From an uncultured Acidobacteriota bacterium (lineage in GTDB: Bacteria > Acidobacteriota > Blastocatellia > RBC074), in the NCBI GenBank assembly GCA_963796275.1, contig CAWCKY010000006.1:2784001-2848000 (forward strand): a DNA stretch of 64,000 bases, read 5' to 3'. This document shows, piece by piece, positions 20,178-29,860 of the stretch. Numbering within the stretch: the stretch's first letter is position 1; each line of letters starts with the position of its first letter. The notes under the pieces are model-generated. The model had not been told where the DNA came from. It did not search any database and worked only from the letters and a program-made list of their open reading frames with translations. The position numbers and the translations under genes are program-made.

Positions 20178-21132
20178 CGCCCTTCTGATATTCACGCTGG
20201 CGTACGCGCTGGATCGGCTGATCGGTGATCCGGAATGGGCGCCGCATCCCGTGCGTTGGATGGGGCGGCTGATCCAGAGCGGTGAAAGCGTCCTTCGTCG
20301 ATTCATTCGTACACCCCGGGCCGAATTCATCGGCGGCGTGTCGTTGAGTTTGCTCGTGGTCGGGTCTTTCGGACTAGGGAGCTGGCTTTTGTTGGGATGG
20401 CTGAGCGGCCGTAATCAAACTCTGACATTTGTAGTGTCGCTCTATTTCGCCGTGACGACGCTCGCTACCCGGTCGTTGTTGGATGAGGCGCGCGCCGTAA
20501 GGCGGTTACTATTGAATTCCGATCTGCTCGGGGCGCGACGGCAGGTCGCACGAATCGTCGGGCGGGATACACAGGCGCTGGACGAGCCGGAAGTGACGCG
20601 GGCCGTGATCGAAACGCTCGCCGAAAGCGCTTCGGACGGCATCGTCGCTCCGTTGTTCTACCTGGCGATCGGCGGCGTCCCTGCCGCGCTGGCGTACAAA
20701 GCGGTCAACACGCTCGACTCAATGATCGGGCATCGGGATACGCGATACGAATTCTTCGGTAAGTTCGCGGCGCGACTGGATGACGTGGTGAATTTCATCC
20801 CGGCCAGGCTAACCGCTCTGCTGTTTGTACTGTCCGCATGGGCGCTGCGTCTCGACTGGCGCGGCGCATGGCGCGTCCTGGGGCGTGACAGTTCGAAACA
20901 CAAAAGCCCGAACGCCGGACGCCCAGAAGCGGCGATGGCGGGCGCGCTCGCTGTGAGGCTCGGCGGGAAGAACTATTACGACGGAGAGCCACATTACGGC
21001 CCATATCTGGGGGATGCCAAGCGTCCGCTCGATGATCGGGCGTTGGGATGCGCGCTGCGGATGACCGCATGCGCGTCTTTGTTGATGTTCGTGATCTGTC
21101 TGACTGCGCAGCTTTTCCTCTTCGGTTGGTAG
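20164..21132 (+). CDS. cbiB: Adenosylcobinamide-phosphate synthase CbiB
   Basis: GDP...HPV, IVGRDT, NTLDSMIG, SPNAG.PEAA. Confidence 0.95.
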   Translation: MEKNNALLIFTLAYALDRLIGDPEWAPHPVRWMGRLIQSGESVLRRFIRTPRAEFIGGVSLSLLVVGSFGLGSWLLLGWLSGRNQTLTFVVSLYFAVTTLATRSLLDEARAVRRLLLNSDLLGARRQVARIVGRDTQALDEPEVTRAVIETLAESASDGIVAPLFYLAIGGVPAALAYKAVNTLDSMIGHRDTRYEFFGKFAARLDDVVNFIPARLTALLFVLSAWALRLDWRGAWRVLGRDSSKHKSPNAGRPEAAMAGALAVRLGGKNYYDGEPHYGPYLGDAKRPLDDRALGCALRMTACASLLMFVICLTAQLFLFGW

Positions 21133-21184
21133 CGCGCATCAGGGTTGAGTTGAATCCCATGAGAAAGAAACCGAGCGAGCCAAT

Positions 21185-22300
21185 ATGGCAGTGAAAAAGG
21201 TGTCGAATAAGTTGGAGCCTGCCGAAGCCACCCATGGCGGGCGGGTGTATGAGGCTGCGCGGCTTTGGGGGATTGCGCCCGAAGAAGTGATCGACTTCAG
21301 CGCGAACATCAATCCGCTCGGGCCGCCGCCGGGAGCGCTCGCAGCGATCGAGAACTGTCTCGGGCCAGCCAGGCTTCGAGCTTACCCCGACTCATACGCC
21401 TTCATTTCGGCGCTGGGGGAGAAACACGGCGTCGCGCCCGATGAAATCGTTGTCGGGGCCGGCTCGGCGGCCCTGATGTTCGCCGCGTTGCGCGCGCTGC
21501 TGCCGGCGACAGCGCTCGTGCTGGAGCCGGGCTTCGATGAATATTTTCGCGCTTGCGCGGCTGTCAAAGCTCAAGTAACGCGTATAAGGCTTACGGAAAA
21601 GAACAATTTCGCGACGGACTTCGGCGCCTTGGTACGCCTCATCGAAACGCGTCAATGTGATCTTGTCATTTTGAACTCACCTCACAATCCGACCGGGCGT
21701 TCGTATGCGAGAGAGGACGTGCTGGCGCTCCTAGATGTGGCGGAGGCGAACGACGTCGCAGTGCTGCTGGATGAGGCGTTTATTGATTACGCCCCGCAGG
21801 CCAGCCAGCTCAGAAATGCGGTATCAAAAAAGCGGGTTGTCGTGTTGCGCTCACTTACCAAGTTTTACGCCATCCCCGGGTTGCGTGTCGGATATGCCGT
21901 TTGTGCGGCCGAAATGGCGGCGACGATAAGAAAGCAGATCGACGCGTGGCCTGTTTCTACCATCGCGCTGGAAGCAGGGCGCGCGGCCCTGGCAGCGGGG
22001 GAGTATGAGGCGGAGACCCGCCGTCTCAACACGCAGGCTCGGGAAGAATTCGCGGCGGCGTTGCGGGAAATCGGGCTATTCGTTTTCCCCTCCGAAGCCA
22101 ACTTTTTGCTGGTCAAGCTATCACAGGGTTCAGGCGCGGAACTGGCTCGATGGCTCGAATCCGCTCGAATTTTGATTCGGCGGTGTAACTCATTTTCGGG
22201 GCTGGGCGACGCTTACATCCGGCTCGCCATCAGATCGAGAGAAGACAATTTGCGTTTGGTTTCCCTGATAGAAGCCTGGCTGATGCGGAGCGAACCATGA
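21185..22300 (+). CDS. cobD: L-threonine-O-3-phosphate decarboxylase
   Basis: HGG, DFSANINPLG, NPTG, DEAF, RSLTKFYAIPGLRVGY (PLP class I). Confidence 0.9.
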   Translation: MAVKKVSNKLEPAEATHGGRVYEAARLWGIAPEEVIDFSANINPLGPPPGALAAIENCLGPARLRAYPDSYAFISALGEKHGVAPDEIVVGAGSAALMFAALRALLPATALVLEPGFDEYFRACAAVKAQVTRIRLTEKNNFATDFGALVRLIETRQCDLVILNSPHNPTGRSYAREDVLALLDVAEANDVAVLLDEAFIDYAPQASQLRNAVSKKRVVVLRSLTKFYAIPGLRVGYAVCAAEMAATIRKQIDAWPVSTIALEAGRAALAAGEYEAETRRLNTQAREEFAAALREIGLFVFPSEANFLLVKLSQGSGAELARWLESARILIRRCNSFSGLGDAYIRLAIRSREDNLRLVSLIEAWLMRSEP

Positions 22301-22869
22301 TGACTCTAGTGCTGGGCGGGGCGCGCAGCGGCAAGAGCCGTTACGCGCAATCGCTGTGCGCTTCATCATCGAGTGTGACCTACGTCGCCACGGCGCGCGC
22401 TGAGGACGGCGAGGGCGATCAGGAAATGCGAGAGCGCATCGCGCGCCACCGCGCGGATCGCCCGGCCGAATGGCAGACCGTCGAAGAGCCTCTTTACCTT
22501 TCGCGAGCGATCCGCGAAGCGCCGATCGAAGCGACTTTGTTGATCGACTGCGCCACAATCTGGATCTCCAACCTGATGTGGGAATTCAGGGAGGAGTCGG
22601 CAGCGCAACAAAACAGGCTGATTTTTGTGGCTATTGATCAGCTGATCGATGATGTGCGGTGGCGCGCCGAAAACTCCGAAATCGCGGGTGAGGTGATCAT
22701 TGTCAGCAATGAGGTCGGCGGCGGTCTTGTGCCGGAACATCCCGTTGCGCGCGCATTTCGTGATCTACAGGGCTTCGCCAATCAACGCCTGGCGCAGGCC
22801 GCCGACAATGTAGTCTTTGTCATCGCGGGATTGCCTCTACGGTTGAAACCGGAGGCTCCCGTGACATGA
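22297..22869 (+). CDS. cobU: Adenosylcobinamide kinase/guanylyltransferase CobU/CobP
   Basis: LGGARSGKS, RIARH...W.TVE, SNEVG.G, FRD..G..NQ. Confidence 0.95.
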   Translation: MMTLVLGGARSGKSRYAQSLCASSSSVTYVATARAEDGEGDQEMRERIARHRADRPAEWQTVEEPLYLSRAIREAPIEATLLIDCATIWISNLMWEFREESAAQQNRLIFVAIDQLIDDVRWRAENSEIAGEVIIVSNEVGGGLVPEHPVARAFRDLQGFANQRLAQAADNVVFVIAGLPLRLKPEAPVT

Positions 22870-22900
22870 CCCTTCAAAGCAAGTTTTAGGAGGCGACAGA

Positions 22901-23479
22901 ATGAATAGCATTGCCACAAAACATGGCGACGGTGGGCAAACGCGGCTGATCGGAGGGGCTCAGGTTTCGAAATCCGATCTTCGTGTCGAAGCTTACGGTG
23001 CGATAGACGAACTCGGAGCGGCCATGGGGTTTGCGCGCTCCATCTGCGGCGACGAAGAGGTCAACCAGCTGACGAAAGCGATTCAGCGGGAGCTTTTCCT
23101 GGTCGCCGGCTCGACCGCCAATCCCCAGGCGCTTCAAAAACAACCGCCCGACGTGACGCCCGAAATGGCAGATCGTTTAACCAAAGAAGTTCATCGTCTT
23201 GAAAACCTCGAAGGCATTCTCGCAGACTGGGCGCTGCCCGGCGACCATGCGCCGGCGGCCGCCTACGACCTGGCGCGGTCCGTTTGCCGGCGCGCTGAGC
23301 GAGGCGTAGTTCGCCTGCGGGAAGCGGGCGAGGAGGTCAGTGACGAAGTCATTCGCTATCTCAATCGCCTTTCAGATCTACTGTGGTTGCTTGGGCGAAC
23401 GCTGGAGTTGCGCGCGGGAGTTGATTCCAGATTGCGCGACGAGGCCCGCGGCGGGAATCAATTTTCGAGGGCATGGTGA
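22901..23479 (+). CDS. PduO-type cob(I)alamin adenosyltransferase
   Basis: TKHGDGGQT, AYGAIDEL, RSVCRRAER, YLNRLSD. Confidence 0.9.
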   Translation: MNSIATKHGDGGQTRLIGGAQVSKSDLRVEAYGAIDELGAAMGFARSICGDEEVNQLTKAIQRELFLVAGSTANPQALQKQPPDVTPEMADRLTKEVHRLENLEGILADWALPGDHAPAAAYDLARSVCRRAERGVVRLREAGEEVSDEVIRYLNRLSDLLWLLGRTLELRAGVDSRLRDEARGGNQFSRAW

Positions 23480-23727
23480 TGTTGCGCAAATTGATGAGGC
23501 TTATTTTTCCAGACAAACGGGCGCGGCGCGCCTGTGAGGCCTGCGGAAATTCATTCCGCTGCGGCGCCTCTCTCAAAGGTTGCTGGTGCTTTCAAGTGAA
23601 ACTCAGACCGGGCGCGAGAGAAGAGTTGCGCGGGAAATATAAATACTGCCTGTGCGCCGACTGCCTGGCGCCCTTCATAATAAATCACGCGCCCGAATCC
23701 GACCAATCTGGGGCGACTTCTCAATGA
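23473..23727 (+). CDS. Cysteine-rich CWC-family small protein
   Basis: CEACGNSFRCG...CWC...CLCADC. Confidence 0.75.
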   Translation: MVMLRKLMRLIFPDKRARRACEACGNSFRCGASLKGCWCFQVKLRPGAREELRGKYKYCLCADCLAPFIINHAPESDQSGATSQ

Positions 23728-23798
23728 TTGACGAGACGATAAATCGCATTACCCCACCCGCTCAAGATTGGCTTGATCAGGGGCGACAAACCAGTTGA
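23724..23798 (+). pseudogene. Probable N-terminal stub of cobT
   Basis: ATGA-coupled to the CWC gene. Encodes MIDETINRITPPAQDWLDQGRQTS*, which resembles CobT N-termini but stops before the LTKP motif. Confidence 0.5.
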
Positions 23799-23850
23799 CG
23801 GAAGTGGCGTTGTATATGACGGCCGTCATTCTGGCGCGCTTAAACTTGCT

Positions 23851-24486
23851 ATGAGCGAAACAAATTCTTCAAACCGGTTGCGCCTGTATTTGATTCGGCA
23901 TGGCGAGATCGAGTCATTGGCCGCCGGTAAGCTGATCGGGCATACGGATGTCTCGTTGTCAGACCTTGGCGTGGAACAGGCGCGGCTCATCGCGAAAAAA
24001 ATGGACCACATGCAATTGGACGCCATTTATTCCAGCGACCTCCGGCGCGCCTTTCATACGGCCGAAATACTAGCTGGAAGTAAGCGGATGACGGTGCGGT
24101 CGTCGCATATCTGGCGCGAGATCAGCATGGGGTCATGGGAAGGTCGCGCCCTCTCCGATCTAATCGAAGAAGCGCCAGAGCACGTCTCCTTGCTTTTCAG
24201 TGACCCGGGTTCATTTGTGTATCCGGGTGGGGAATCATTCGCAGGCTTCGCAACGCGAATCCAGGAAGCACTGGAACGATTGTTACAAACCCATTTGAAT
24301 GGCGAAATCGCGCTGGTCGCCCACGGCGGCGTTTGCCGTGCAATCATAGGCGGCGTTTTGGGAATATCCATGCAGAATTGGCTTCGTGTGGCGCAGCGTT
24401 ATGGCTGTTTAAACGTGATCTCCTGGTTTGACTCTCATCCCGTGGTGGAACTATTGAATTATAGTTCGGAGGAGTTTCCTGCGTAG
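23851..24486 (+). CDS. cobC: Alpha-ribazole phosphatase-like histidine phosphatase
   Basis: LIRHGE, SSDLRRA..TA, GGES, VAHGG. Last gene of the cob operon. Confidence 0.85.
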   Translation: MSETNSSNRLRLYLIRHGEIESLAAGKLIGHTDVSLSDLGVEQARLIAKKMDHMQLDAIYSSDLRRAFHTAEILAGSKRMTVRSSHIWREISMGSWEGRALSDLIEEAPEHVSLLFSDPGSFVYPGGESFAGFATRIQEALERLLQTHLNGEIALVAHGGVCRAIIGGVLGISMQNWLRVAQRYGCLNVISWFDSHPVVELLNYSSEEFPA

Positions 24487-24750
24487 GCTCATCGGTAGTG
24501 CTACCAATGTAATGTTGGATCGCCAAGCCCAATAACATCCCGGTTACAATGACAGTCGAAGTATTTGATTGCTCCCATATGATTCCTCAGGGTCTTCGAA
24601 AAGCTCAATGAACATCGGACCAGGATGCGAGACTCGTTGCCTTAAAGTGCAATTGAATCGTTCGATAATATTGGTATTTCCTGTCTTACTGGAGCGGTAT
24701 CTCATACCTTTATGAGGTGACCACTACCTTAAAGGCAATGGCTGATTATC

Positions 24751-25050
24751 TCACCTTGGCGTGTCCCAGACGCCGTTAGGCAAGTAGTGGAACCGAATCA
24801 AGTACACCTTGTCGCCGCTGCCGTGTCTTGCGATTCGCAGCAAATCAGCGACGGAGGTGAACCCCGATTCACGGGCCAGCTCGTTCGTGATGTCGGCGAC
24901 GGTAATCTGCGTAATTGAATCCACAACAATCTGGCCCTCGTCCATCTGGTAATGACCGCCTACCTTTACACGAGGACTCTTCCAGATGCGAATGCTGCAT
25001 GTGATTCTCCCGAGCCGGATTCCCATGCGAAGGCGTTTGGTGAACATCAT
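24751..25050 (-). CDS. ASCH/PUA-like domain protein
   Basis: F..R...GI..G.ITCSIR.W...ARESGF...L...VYLIRF. GAGG RBS. Confidence 0.65.
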   Translation of the reverse strand: MMFTKRLRMGIRLGRITCSIRIWKSPRVKVGGHYQMDEGQIVVDSITQITVADITNELARESGFTSVADLLRIARHGSGDKVYLIRFHYLPNGVWDTPR

Positions 25051-25307
25051 ATTGAACCTCACCCAAGGGCCCAGAGGCATTGATCAGTGGCTCGCCCGCC
25101 ACGCCGTTGCCTCAACCGGTTCCTGCCGCTAAAATTCCCAGACATTATTCTGATCTTGTCAGCTCCCTCTGAACCGTTCGACCGCGCGGAGACGGCGCCT
25201 TTGGAAGCTGGTACAGTATATGGTCATTGAGTCAACCTTTCTTCATGGCAGAAGCACGCGCCTTCTATGCGCGCTATGGCATCGTAGATCAGATCGCGAA
25301 CTGTTTT

Positions 25308-25443
25308 AAGTCCCGCAAGGGGCGTGATAAATCATAGATTATTTCGTCCCTTACGGGGCTTCTCGCTAATCTCACAGCGACCAGGGGGGACTCGCTGCCG
25401 CGCTTGCCGCTGGTTATATCATTGTCGGCCCCTTCGGGACTCA
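25308..25443. repeat. REP-like cluster of imperfect GC palindromes
   Basis: GTCCCGCAAGGGGC, GTCCCTTACGGGGC, CCAGGGG..CGCTTGCCGCTGG, GCCCCTTCGGGAC. Confidence 0.55.
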
Positions 25444-25806
25444 GGTCCGAGTTTTCTATGCGCTGATTGGAGCGAAGTACGGCGCCCAATCAGCTATTCA
25501 CTCTCCAGAACTGAAAATGGTTTATGCTAACATTCGCGTAGTCGGCGTTGAACGAACCAGACAGGCGTCAGATTTAGGACCAAAGACCAATCCGCCTGTG
25601 GCCGAGGTTGTGTGGCGTTTCCCAGCGGCAGCTTGACGCCGGTTTCACTACTGTGGCAATTAGTCGGATGCGGCTACAATTCCACATAGGTTGATCTCGT
25701 AGCGAACACACAAAGAAAAACGATTGGCGAAGACTCGCCGAAGGAAAGGAATGGGACGCGACCCGTCGCGTCGCGCTCCACAACACCAACCCGGAGTGAA
25801 CAGGTC

Positions 25807-26874
25807 ATGAAAAGAAGCGTTAAGCGCTTTATTGCGCTGATCGGAATCATGTTCGCGTTGAGCTTGTCGGGGATTGCGATCTTGCAACCTACGGTTGCGA
25901 TGCAATCTTCGCAAACGGACGCGCGCGCAGTAGTACAAAAAATTTGTGGCACCGCCTGCCACACGCTGGAGCGCGCCACCGTGTCGCCGCGCAGTCGAGC
26001 CCAATGGGAAGATGTCATCAGCAAAATGATTTCGATGGGTGCGAAAGGGACGGATGAGGAATTTGCTACGGCGCTCAATTATCTGGCGACCAACTATGGA
26101 CGTGACGCCACCGCCGCTCAAGCGAACCGTCCCGCGGGCAAACCCGTCGGCGTATTGGGCGCGGGCGCCAACGATAAACATATCGTAGACAACGCAGCGG
26201 CCGACCGCGGGCGCGCAGTCTGGGCGGCGCAATGTATTAACTGCCACGGCACGACAGCCCGCGGCACTGACAAAGGGGCCAATCTGGTGCGCTCGGACAT
26301 GATGTGGAGCGACCGATACGGCAGCGACCTTGGGCCGTTTCTGCAAAAAGGACATCCGACGCAAAGCGGCGCACCGAGCGCCGACCTGAGCAAAACGCAG
26401 GTCGAAGAGCTTTCGCATTTCATTCATCAACGTCTTTACGATACGTTGCGTGGTTCGCCGATTTTCAATCCGCAGAATGTGCTGACCGGCAATGTCAAAG
26501 AGGGCGAGGCGTATTTCAACGGCGAAGGTAAATGCAATACGTGCCATTCCGTCACTGGAGATTTGGCGGGTTATGGCAAAACCGCAAATCCCGTCAACAT
26601 ACAGCAGCGCTTTATGTTTCCGCGCGCTCGTAGACAAAAATTAACCATCACAGTAACACTCGCGAATGGCCCGGTCGTCACTGGAACTCCGATTCACATT
26701 GATGATTTTGATGTGTCGTTGCGCGATGACAAAGGCGAATATCATTCGTGGAAGCGCTCGGCTGCGCTCAAAGTCGTTAAGAATGATCCGTTGAAAGCGC
26801 ACATCGAATTGCTCGACAAAATCACCGACAAAAACATGCACGACATCGTCGCTTATCTGGAGTCACTCAAATGA
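25807..26874 (+). CDS. Secreted multi-heme cytochrome c, partner of the downstream quinoprotein
   Basis: Signal peptide. Heme motifs CGTACH (CX3CH), CINCH and CNTCH. Confidence 0.85.
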   Translation: MKRSVKRFIALIGIMFALSLSGIAILQPTVAMQSSQTDARAVVQKICGTACHTLERATVSPRSRAQWEDVISKMISMGAKGTDEEFATALNYLATNYGRDATAAQANRPAGKPVGVLGAGANDKHIVDNAAADRGRAVWAAQCINCHGTTARGTDKGANLVRSDMMWSDRYGSDLGPFLQKGHPTQSGAPSADLSKTQVEELSHFIHQRLYDTLRGSPIFNPQNVLTGNVKEGEAYFNGEGKCNTCHSVTGDLAGYGKTANPVNIQQRFMFPRARRQKLTITVTLANGPVVTGTPIHIDDFDVSLRDDKGEYHSWKRSAALKVVKNDPLKAHIELLDKITDKNMHDIVAYLESLK

Positions 26875-28479
26875 AATTCATCAGAACGATTCTTTTCATT
26901 TCTCTTTGCGCCGCGCCGTTGTTCGCGCAAGGCAGTCTCGACCCCGCGAAAGTAGGACAACCGCCCACCGATTCGTGGACGTCGTATCACGGCGATTATT
27001 CGGGACGCCGTTACAGCTCGCTGAATAAGATCAATGCGAATAACATCAACTCACTCGGGCCTCGCTTGGGTCTTTCGCGCCAATGTCAATCAAGGCGCGA
27101 TTAAAGCTTCTCCGCTGGTAGTCAATGGAGTGATGTATTTCACGGTGCCCGATCACGTCTGGGCGATTGACGCGCGCACGGGACGCGAAATCTGGCATCA
27201 CGTCTGGAAATCTGAGGGAGGCATTCACATCGGCAATCGCGGCGTAGGCATTATGGGCGATGCGCTTTATGTCGAAACGGCGGATTGCAATTTAGTCGCG
27301 TTGAATTTGAAAGACGGCAAGGAGCGCTGGCGCAAAACGATTTGCGATCTGGATCAATTCTTTTTCGGTTCCACCGCGCCGATAATCGTCAAAAATCATG
27401 TGATCACGGGCATCAGCGGCGACGATTTGGACAGAGCCGGGTACATCCAATCGCACGATCCGGTCACGGGCAAATTGCAATGGCGCTGGTACGTCGTGCC
27501 GCAAAAGATGGGCGACCCCGGTTCCGAAACTTGGCCGAACGAAGAAGCGATGAAACACGGCGGAGGCATGACGTGGCAACCGATCACGTATGATCCCGAA
27601 TTGAACTTGATTTACGTCGCAACGGGCAATCCGCAACCCGTGATCGCGCACAAGAACAGGGCAGGCGCGAATCTCTATACCGAATCCATCGTCGCGCTTA
27701 ATCCCGACACGGGAAAGATGGTTTGGTATTTTCAGGCTTCGCCGCACGACACGCATGACTGGGATGCCACGCAGGTTCCCGTGCTCTTTGATGGCGAAGT
27801 CAACGGGCAGAAACGCAAACTGCTCGCGCAAGCCAGCCGCAACGGATTTTTCTTTGTGCTTGACCGGGCCACCGGCAAAAACATTCTCACCACTGAATTC
27901 GTCAAAACGAATTGGTCGAATGGACTTGACGCAAAAGGGCAACCGATTCCGAATCCGGCGAAAGAGCCGCAATTGGACGGAGCTCTCGTCACGCCTAATC
28001 AATACGGCGCAACGAATTGGCCTCCGCCCAGCTTCAGCCCTGAAACCGGCCTGTTTTACGTGAATGCATTTCGCGCGTTCAGCATCTATTACATTTACGA
28101 CCCTGACGACAATCCGCAAGGGTGGGGCGGCACAGATCGAGGCGGATGGCAGGAAGCGATGATGCAGGCCATTGATTACAAGACGGGCAAAATTCGTTGG
28201 AGCCACAAATGGGAGGGGGGCGGTTCGCGTTCAGGGGTATTAAGCACCGCAGGCAATCTTGTGTTCACAGGAGATGGCTCAAATAACTTGGTTGCGCTTG
28301 ACGCCCGCACAGGCAATGCCCTGTGGCACGCTAATTTGGGCGGCGGCGTCGGGAATGGCCCGATAACATATGAATTAGATGGGAATCAATATGTGGTCGT
28401 AGGAGCAGGTGACATGCTGTTTGGCTTTGTAATGCTGGCAAAAGAGCCCTCCCGCCAGCTCTCGCAACGACCTAACTGA
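26871..28479 (+). CDS. PQQ-dehydrogenase-like beta-propeller (acido-empty-quinoprotein-like) with one frameshift near 27058
   Basis: Signal peptide plus LDPAK..PPTDSW..YHGDYSGRRYS in ORF 26871. LAW...TG..IW...PHDTHDWD...GA.NW in ORF 27034. One extra base in gggcc joins them. Confidence 0.8.
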
Positions 28480-28486
28480 ACCCAAC

Positions 28487-28672
28487 TAAATATTGTGCGG
28501 TTCATACGGAAGGGACGGAACCGAGACAAATGCGGGCGTCTTTATAAAGTAAGATTTCGGTAAGCCTGCAACCTATCAGATTAAAAGAGACGAAGGATAC
28601 GTGCGGGCGAATGTGACCGGTTCGTACGGCAAGGTCGGCTGGACGCAACCCGTCATGATCGGTAAAGCATGA
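28487..28672 (+). pseudogene. 3' remnant of a PHP/CehA-like metallohydrolase
   Basis: PATYQIKRDEGYVRANVTGSYGKVGWTQPVMIGKA* with no start. The YVRA..WTQP C-terminus is typical of that family, by recall. Confidence 0.4.
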
Positions 28673-28683
28673 GGACTAATTAA

Positions 28684-29610
28684 ATGACAAAGAACCTTTA
28701 CAACACCCATTCCAGACGCTTTTTTTTGAAACAAGCCGGATATTTCTCGACGATGGCCATCATGGCGCCCTCCGCTTTAACGGCTGGTGCGCAGGGGAAG
28801 TTCAAGCTAGGGCTTCAGCTTTACTCCATCAGGGATGCGATGGCAAAAGACCTTCGCGGCGCCTTTAAACGCATAGTCGAGTTTGGGTATCAGGAAGTCG
28901 AGACCTATGGATTCAACTATGGCAATAACAAATATTACTGGGGCTTTGAGCCGAAACAAGCCGAACGGTTGCTCGCCGAATGCGGCCTTACGACGTCCTC
29001 AGGTCATTACGATCTGGATAGGTTTTTCGGAAAAGATCAGCAGGATGAGCTAAAACGCTATACCGATGAGTGCATCAATGGAGCTACGGCGCTCAAACAG
29101 CGTTATATTGTTTGGCCGACCCTGGCGCCTCAATACAGAACGATCGATGAATTTAAGCGGCTAGCCGCCACGCTGAACTCAATCGGCGAGCGGATCAAGC
29201 GGGGAGGATTACAGCTTGCCTATCACAATTTTGGTTATGACTTTATCGATCAAGGGGGCGTCATTCCCTATGACATTATTTTGAATGAAACGGATCCGGA
29301 GCTCGTAAAAATGCAACTGGATCTCTATTGGTTCAACTACGGTACCCGCTCAAAACCGCTGGATTGGTTCAAAAAACAACCCGGCCGTTATGTTATGTGG
29401 CATATCAAAGATATGGATAAGCGAAATAGGGAATTGCATACCACGGTCGGCGACGGGCAGATCGATTTCAAACCGATTTTCAATGATTACCAAATCGCCG
29501 GCGTCAAACACATGTTCGTCGAGCAGGGAAATAATTATGTTCCGGATTCTATGAGTTGCGTGCAACGCAGCGCGGCCTACGTAAAAAAATCGTTGTTTAC
29601 TGGCATATAA
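28684..29610 (+). CDS. Sugar-phosphate isomerase/epimerase TIM barrel with Tat signal
   Basis: SRRFFLK, GLQLYSIR, YHN, QLDLYW, WHIKD, VEQ. Confidence 0.9.
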   Translation: MTKNLYNTHSRRFFLKQAGYFSTMAIMAPSALTAGAQGKFKLGLQLYSIRDAMAKDLRGAFKRIVEFGYQEVETYGFNYGNNKYYWGFEPKQAERLLAECGLTTSSGHYDLDRFFGKDQQDELKRYTDECINGATALKQRYIVWPTLAPQYRTIDEFKRLAATLNSIGERIKRGGLQLAYHNFGYDFIDQGGVIPYDIILNETDPELVKMQLDLYWFNYGTRSKPLDWFKKQPGRYVMWHIKDMDKRNRELHTTVGDGQIDFKPIFNDYQIAGVKHMFVEQGNNYVPDSMSCVQRSAAYVKKSLFTGI

Positions 29611-29719
29611 TCGAGTTTTCAATCAGGCGTTGCGGCGCTTTCTACGTCATGAAGCCACGATGGAATATGGGTGAGTGCTCAAAGCTTCATATCGATCCTC
29701 AAAAGCTTAGTGATCCTCG

Positions 29720-29860
29720 CAGGTAATCGCAAGATGCACCAAGATCGGGCGCGCCTGATCAAGGTCTGCTGCGCGCCGGTCCCCCCGGTGCAGTTGGAAG
29801 GTGCGCCTCTCCACGCAAGTTTAGGTCCGAGCAGACATTTATTTCGGCATGAAAACCGAC
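29720..29860 (+). pseudogene. 3' remnant of an arsR gene, paralogous to 54000-54140
   Basis: GNRKMHQDRARLIKVCCAP..PVQLEGAP matches GNREMQQDRARLINICCAP..PVQLQGAP, and the similarity extends into the 3' flank. Confidence 0.8.

Noticed and set aside
26871-27104. Programmed frameshift in the quinoprotein gene
   Set aside because: There is no slippery heptamer or stimulatory structure. A one-base error or mutation is simpler.
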